A stretch of DNA of 32,253 bases from a bacterium. Lineage in GTDB: Bacteria > JACPSX01. A model generated the notes under the pieces. The model was not told the DNA's origin, made no database searches, and saw only the letters and a list, made by a program, of their open reading frames with translations. The position numbers were made by a program, and so were the translations under genes. The stretch is taken from the NCBI GenBank assembly GCA_035288405.1, contig DATEAK010000302.1, positions 1-32,253 on the forward strand, given 5' to 3'. Positions 28,411 to 32,253 of this stretch are shown here, one piece after another; position 1 is the stretch's first letter, and the number at the start of each line of letters is the position of its first letter.

Positions 28411-28461
28411 TTGTTACCTTGCTTATTTCCATTTATTAATCCGGAAGGGACAGGGTGTCAA
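28411..28461. promoter_or_regulatory. Candidate bidirectional promoter core sharing one symmetric AT-rich -10 region
   Basis: Minus strand (towards nrdJ): TTGACA (28456-28461), 17 bp, TAATAA (28433-28438). Plus strand (towards ald): TTGTTA (28411-28416), 17 bp, TATTAA (28434-28439). Both spacers are exactly 17 bp. Confidence 0.4.
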
Positions 28462-28467
28462 CAATTT

Positions 28468-28483
28468 TTTCAATATGTTGTTG
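28468..28483. promoter_or_regulatory. NrdR-box-like site A (weaker)
   Basis: tttCAATATGTTGttg. The core matches 9/10 positions of the CwAtATaTwG core of the NrdR consensus acaCwAtATaTwGtgt (as I recall it), but the flanks match poorly. Its centre is 32 bp from the centre of box B, and it lies 6 bp upstream of the nrdJ -35. Confidence 0.4.
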
Positions 28484-28499
28484 TTTTTTTCTAAAGTCT

Positions 28500-28515
28500 C
28501 CACAACATGTAGTGG
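28500..28515. promoter_or_regulatory. NrdR-box-like site B (strong palindrome)
   Basis: CCACAACATGTAGTGG has 7 of 8 palindromic pairs and is a close match to the NrdR consensus acaCwAtATaTwGtgt. It lies upstream of the RNR gene. Confidence 0.6.
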
Positions 28516-28532
28516 AAAAGTTGTGAGTAACC

Positions 28533-28541
28533 TGTGGATAA
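28533..28541 (-). promoter_or_regulatory. Perfect DnaA box (TTATCCACA)
   Basis: Plus-strand TGTGGATAA equals minus-strand TTATCCACA, an exact 9/9 match to the consensus. Two 7/9 relatives in the same orientation lie 11 and 22 bp away: TTACTCACA (28522-28530) and TTTTCCACT (28511-28519). Confidence 0.55.
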
Positions 28542-28663
28542 CTTGAGACAAAAACGGGGATTTTGGGGGTTTGCGCCACCCTCTAGTGAGTCCTACAACC
28601 CGGATTTCCTTCCTCTTAAGGGTAGGTTATACTAAGGCGCCGTCCAGGGCGATGGGAGAATTC

Positions 28664-29779
28664 ATGATCATTGGTGTCCCCAAAGAAATCAAGACCGACG
28701 AGCACCGGGTTTCCTGTGTTCCGGCCGGAGTACAATCCCTTTGCGAAGCCGGCCATCGGGTTCTCGTGCAGGCCGGGGCCGGAGCCGATTGCGGCCTCAC
28801 CGACCAGGACTACGAGCGGGCCGGGGCCCGAATCGTCCCAAACCCCGCCGACATCTTCGGCGAAGCCGAGATGATCATCAAAGTAAAGGAACCCCAGCCT
28901 CCCGAGTACCCCCTGTTGCGTCCCGGGCAAATCCTCTACACCTACCTCCACCTGGCTGCCAGTAAGGAGCTGACCCAGGCGCTCAAGGACCGGCAAATCA
29001 TCGGTATCGGCTACGAGACGATCCAGCTCGCCGACGGATCTCTTCCCCTGCTCACTCCCATGAGCGAAGTGGCAGGGCGCATGGCCGTTCAAGTCGGTGC
29101 CTACTTCCTGCAAAAACAGCAAGGAGGCCGCGGCGTTCTCTTGAGCGGCGTCCCCGGCGTTCCCCCCGCCGAAGTCCTGATCCTGGGTGGGGGCACCGTG
29201 GGGGGCAATGCAGCCCGGGTGGCCGTGGGACTCGGCGCTCAAGTCATCGTGATCGATTCGAACCTGGAGCGCTTGCGTCATCTGGATTCTCTCTACCAGG
29301 GCAGGCTGGTCACGCTCGCTTCCCATCGCCATACGATCTCCGCCAGGATTCGCAGCGCCGATCTCGTCATTGGAGCCGTTCTCATCCCCGGAGCCAAAGC
29401 CCCGAAGCTCGTGCAGCGCGCTCACCTCAAGACCATGAAAGAAGGGGCCGTGATCGTCGACGTGGCCGTGGATCAGGGAGGATGCGTGGAAACCAGCAAG
29501 CCCACCACCCACAGCCACCCGACCTTCGTGGTGGACGGAATTCTCCACTACTGTGTCGCAAACATGCCCGGCGCAGTGGCGCGCACATCCTCCTTTGCCC
29601 TGGCCAATACGACGCTCCCCTATGCCCTGGCCATCGCCAACGAGGGGCTGGTGAAAGCGGTTCGCAAGGATCCGGCCCTGGCCCGCGGTGTGAATCTCTA
29701 TAAGGGTGAAGTGACCCACCAGGCCGTGGCGACGGACCTCAGCTATACGTACCGGCCCCTTACCGAACTCTTGTCTTGA
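28664..29779 (+). CDS. ald: Alanine dehydrogenase
   Basis: MIIGVPKEIKTDEHRV, KVKEP, MSEVAGR, ILGGGTVGGNAA (Rossmann fold), DVAVDQGG and HYCVANMPGAV are present. ATG 28664 is preceded by GGGAGA. The track start 28571 adds 31 unlikely residues. Confidence 0.92.
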   Translation: MIIGVPKEIKTDEHRVSCVPAGVQSLCEAGHRVLVQAGAGADCGLTDQDYERAGARIVPNPADIFGEAEMIIKVKEPQPPEYPLLRPGQILYTYLHLAASKELTQALKDRQIIGIGYETIQLADGSLPLLTPMSEVAGRMAVQVGAYFLQKQQGGRGVLLSGVPGVPPAEVLILGGGTVGGNAARVAVGLGAQVIVIDSNLERLRHLDSLYQGRLVTLASHRHTISARIRSADLVIGAVLIPGAKAPKLVQRAHLKTMKEGAVIVDVAVDQGGCVETSKPTTHSHPTFVVDGILHYCVANMPGAVARTSSFALANTTLPYALAIANEGLVKAVRKDPALARGVNLYKGEVTHQAVATDLSYTYRPLTELLS

Positions 29780-29804
29780 CAGGTCCCTCTCTTTTCCGGA
29801 TTAT
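29776..29804 (+). promoter_or_regulatory. Possible dcd promoter (TTGACA-17-GATTAT) overlapping the ald stop codon
   Basis: Reads tcTTGACAggtccctctcttttccgGATTATcgt on the plus strand, about 50 nt upstream of the dcd ATG. Confidence 0.4.
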
Positions 29805-29854
29805 CGTGCGGAATTATTCCAAAGACTCTTCCCCGACAGGAAAGGAGTAAGTCG

Positions 29855-30409
29855 ATGGGTTTGAAATCGGACAACTGGATCAGGAAGATGGCACTGGAAC
29901 ACGCCATGATCACCCCGTTTGAAGACAAACAGGTTGCCCAAGGGGCCATCTCTTACGGAGTGTCTTCCTACGGGTATGACATCCGCATTGCGGACGAGTT
30001 CAAGATCTTCACCAACATCAACTCCACCATCGTGGACCCCAAATCTTTTGACCCCAAATCGTTCGTGGATTTCCGGGGACCCGTGTGCATCATCCCACCG
30101 AACTCTTTCGCTCTGGGCAAGACCGTAGAGTACTTTCGCATCCCCCGCAACGTGTTGACGGTCTGCCTGGGCAAGTCCACCTATGCCCGCTGCGGGATCA
30201 TCGTGAACGTGACCCCCTTCGAGCCCGAATGGGAAGGTTACGTGACGATGGAAATTTCAAACACGACTCCCCTACCTGCAAAAATTTATGCCAACGAGGG
30301 GATCGCCCAGGTTCTCTTCTTTGAAGGGGACGAGCCCTGCCAGACTTCCTACGCGGACAAGAAGGGGAAATACCAGGCCCAGCAGGGACTTACGTTACCG
30401 AAGATTTAA
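29855..30409 (+). CDS. dcd: dCTP deaminase
   Basis: 184 aa and near-collinear with the gammaproteobacterial Dcd sequences I recall ([59 protein letters not shown]). The SD AAAGGAG lies 7 nt upstream. Confidence 0.93.
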   Translation: MGLKSDNWIRKMALEHAMITPFEDKQVAQGAISYGVSSYGYDIRIADEFKIFTNINSTIVDPKSFDPKSFVDFRGPVCIIPPNSFALGKTVEYFRIPRNVLTVCLGKSTYARCGIIVNVTPFEPEWEGYVTMEISNTTPLPAKIYANEGIAQVLFFEGDEPCQTSYADKKGKYQAQQGLTLPKI

Positions 30410-30424
30410 TACATCTTCCCCCGT

Positions 30425-30456
30425 TCGTGCTGAGCCGGTCGAAGCACGATCTTTTT
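30425..30456 (+). terminator. Probable intrinsic terminator after dcd
   Basis: A 7-bp stem TCGTGCT (30425-30431) / AGCACGA (30443-30449) with an 11-nt loop, followed by TCTTTTT. It lies 16 nt after the dcd TAA. Confidence 0.5.
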
Positions 30457-30656
30457 CCATCCTAATCCGTTCACCTTGAGCTTGTCGCGGGGTGAGTCGA
30501 CACACGCCTCGTTGACTTTCCCTTTCGCCGGATGTACCCTTTGCTCCTGAATCCTGAACATCTCAAGATCCGATGATCAGCGCATTGTTGTGCCAATCTC
30601 CATTGCTCGCGGTGCACTGCGGGTGTCTCGGCAAATGAAGGAACAGGAGGTCCCCG

Positions 30657-31463
30657 ATGAACAAGACTCGCTTCGCTTCGATCGCGCTTTGCTGCCTGTT
30701 CGTAGCCCTGGGTGTTTTGCAGACGCGCAGCGCCCAGGCTGCGATCAAAACTCAGACCGTAGAATACAAACAAGGCGACACCACACTGGAAGGCTTTCTC
30801 GCCTATGACGACTCCATTCAGAGCAAACGCCCGGGCATCATCGTAGTGCCGGGGTGGAACGGCGTGGACGACAGCGGCAAGATGCGCGCGCAGATGCTGG
30901 CCCAGTTGGGTTACGTCGCATTTGTCGCCGATGTCTACGGCAAGGGGATTCGACCAAGTACCTCCAAGGAGGCCGCGCAAGAAGCAGGCAAATACTCACG
31001 CAATCGCCCGCTGTATCGCGCTCGAATGCAGGCGGCGCTGGATGTGCTGCGCAAAAGCCCCCTGGCCGACTCCGGCAAGCTCGCGGCCATCGGTTACTGC
31101 TTCGGGGGCGCGGGGGCCCTGGAGCTCGCCCGCAGCGGCGCGGACGTGGCGGGCGTTGTCACCTTCCATGGCGACCTCTCTACGCCGACGCCGCAGGACG
31201 CGAGAAACATCAAGGGTCGTGTGCTCGTGCTCCATGGAGCGGATGATCCGGCTGTCCCCCTGAAAGCTGTGGAGGCACTTGAAAAGGAGATGAGTGACGC
31301 CAAGGTCGATTGGCAGGTGGTCCTCTACAGCGGAACGGTGCACAGCTTCACATCTCCATCGGCAGGCAACGACAATTCGAGAGGGTCCGCTTACAACGAA
31401 AGAGCGGACAAACGTTCCTGGATCGCAATGCAGGACTTTTTCCGGGAAATCTTCACGAACTGA
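30657..31463 (+). CDS. Secreted dienelactone hydrolase family protein
   Basis: Signal peptide MNKTRFASIALCCLFVALGVLQTRSAQA. DLH-type nucleophile elbow GYCFGG, plus LHGADDP and the His context GTVHSF. GGAGG lies 6 nt upstream of the ATG. Confidence 0.85.
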   Translation: MNKTRFASIALCCLFVALGVLQTRSAQAAIKTQTVEYKQGDTTLEGFLAYDDSIQSKRPGIIVVPGWNGVDDSGKMRAQMLAQLGYVAFVADVYGKGIRPSTSKEAAQEAGKYSRNRPLYRARMQAALDVLRKSPLADSGKLAAIGYCFGGAGALELARSGADVAGVVTFHGDLSTPTPQDARNIKGRVLVLHGADDPAVPLKAVEALEKEMSDAKVDWQVVLYSGTVHSFTSPSAGNDNSRGSAYNERADKRSWIAMQDFFREIFTN

Positions 31464-31516
31464 TTCTTGAGCGATATCGAAGTTGACCTGCCCCCTTGCG
31501 AAAGGAGGAGAACGTC

Positions 31517-32253
31517 ATGAGAGGATTCCGATATGGTTTGACCGTGTTGGTCCTTGTCGCTCTGGGGATGTCGATCGGGTGTCCTCCCGCTCGAGCCCAA
31601 GGCGCAGGGAAACGCATCCTCATCGCCTATTCGGCGATCTCCGCCAACTACGCCCAGACCTTCATCGCCAAGGAAGCAGGCCTTTTTGACAAATATGGCC
31701 TCAAGAACACGGATCTGATCTACCTCGGGGGGGGAAGCATGGTGAGTCAAGCCATGGCTTCCGGGGATGTTCCCCTGGGGATGGTGGCGGGATCAAGCCT
31801 GGTGCCGGCGGATCTGGCGGGCTCCAACGACATCTTGATTGCCACCTCCGTGGGTACGGTGACCATGTCCCTCTTCGTGCGCAAAGATATGAAGAAGGTC
31901 GAGGATCTCAAAGGGCTGGCCGTCGGCGTCACGCGTTTTGGTTCTTCCACGGACCTGTCCGCCCGCTACATCCTGAAGCGCTACAATCTGCTTCCCGGGA
32001 AAGACGTGAATGTTCTCCAATTGGGGGGTATGCCCGAGATCCTGGCGGGAATGGTGAACGGAGCTGTTGCGGGCGGAATTTCATCCATGCCGACTTCCCT
32101 CAAGCTCAAGAAAGCGGGCTTCGTGGAACTCGTGGACTTGGGCAGCCTGGGATTTGCTTACCCCCATGCCGGAGCCGCTGTGCGGGGGGCATTCCTCAAA
32201 ACCAACCGGGAAGAGACCAGGGATTTCGTGAAAGGGCTCATTGCAGGCACGGC
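31517..32253 (+). CDS. ABC transporter periplasmic substrate-binding protein (NMT1/SsuA/TauA-like), 5' 245 codons; continues past the right edge
   Basis: Not in the ORF track because it is open at the window edge. ATG 31517 is preceded by AAAGGAGGAG. The signal peptide MRGFRYGLTVLVLVALGMSIGCPPARAQG is followed by KRILIAYSAISANYAQTFIAKEAGLFDKYGL... and GVTRFGSSTDLSARYILK, typical of NitT/TauT-family binding proteins. Confidence 0.75.
   Translation, partial: MRGFRYGLTVLVLVALGMSIGCPPARAQGAGKRILIAYSAISANYAQTFIAKEAGLFDKYGLKNTDLIYLGGGSMVSQAMASGDVPLGMVAGSSLVPADLAGSNDILIATSVGTVTMSLFVRKDMKKVEDLKGLAVGVTRFGSSTDLSARYILKRYNLLPGKDVNVLQLGGMPEILAGMVNGAVAGGISSMPTSLKLKKAGFVELVDLGSLGFAYPHAGAAVRGAFLKTNREETRDFVKGLIAGT

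Noticed and set aside
25698-28460. Intein within nrdJ, and a cobalamin riboswitch in its leader
   Set aside because: The 848-aa length is normal for this NrdJ type, the catalytic motifs are contiguous, and there are no intein block signatures. The Gly/Asn/Ser-rich linker before RTRPSITHGV is a common variable region. I could not find a B12-box-like core in the leader, and B12 riboswitches normally control B12-independent RNRs rather than nrdJ.
26955-29719. 455-aa plus-strand ORF antisense to nrdJ (26955-28322) and 367-aa minus-strand ORF antisense to ald (28616-29719). The same pattern occurs at 17004-17993, 18218-19345, 19689-20501 and 21234-22016.
   Set aside because: These are shadow ORFs of well-supported genes. 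The nrdJ shadow also runs across the nrdJ start and SD without any signal of its own.
30035-30064. Tandem 15-bp repeat encoding [10 protein letters not shown] in dcd, considered as a recent duplication or slippage hotspot
   Set aside because: The Dcd orthologues I recall already have the related DPKNFDEKSFVD at this position. It is therefore an ancestral feature of the protein rather than a new duplication.
30471-30980. 169-aa minus-strand ORF, with small plus-strand ORFs at 30563-30808
   Set aside because: It is antisense to the start of the dienelactone hydrolase gene, which has a signal peptide and a good SD. It has no motifs or translation signals.
1-32253. Search for tRNA, rRNA or other large ncRNA genes, CRISPR arrays, IS elements or terminal inverted repeats, integrases, and toxin-antitoxin or defence cassettes
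   Set aside because: The intergenic regions are short (mostly under 250 nt) and are accounted for by promoters, SDs and hairpins. I saw no cloverleaf-like segments, no regularly spaced direct repeats, and no transposase or integrase ORFs. This was a by-eye scan, so small ncRNAs cannot be excluded.

Overview
GC-rich (judged by eye, not computed) chromosomal window from a diderm bacterium (BamA and LolCD present), packed almost end to end with housekeeping genes. From 1 to 28244, 20 of 21 genes are on the minus strand: bamA (5' part, runs off the left edge), clpC, lolD, lolC-type permease, lysS, prfB (classic programmed +1 frameshift), a small HNH endonuclease, ftsY, smc, rnc, fabF, acpP, fabG, fabD, plsX, rpmF, yceD, a Ppx/GppA-family phosphatase, cinA and class II ribonucleotide reductase nrdJ. 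The PBP1A gene is the only plus-strand exception. After a 419-bp AT-rich divergent intergenic region (28245-28663), all genes are on the plus strand: ald, dcd, a secreted dienelactone hydrolase and an ABC substrate-binding protein (runs off the right edge). Three real genes are missing from the ORF track: bamA and the binding protein (open at the window edges) and rpmF (58 codons). Several track ORFs start too far upstream. I saw no rRNA, tRNA, CRISPR array, transposase, integrase, or toxin or defence genes, and no convincing evidence for a novel multi-gene system. The most interesting locus is the nrdJ/ald divergent spacer. It carries two NrdR-box-like palindromes 32 bp apart, one perfect DnaA box heading an 11-bp-phased run of DnaA-like 9-mers, and a symmetric AT-rich -10 core flanked by -35 hexamers on both strands. 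Other points are the prfB frameshift site, an HNH gene with no canonical start at the homology-expected position, a recurring CCGGATTA 8-mer at four promoter-like sites, and a perfect consensus promoter ahead of the yceD-rpmF-plsX-fab operon. All promoter, operator and hairpin calls were made by eye and need computational or experimental confirmation.
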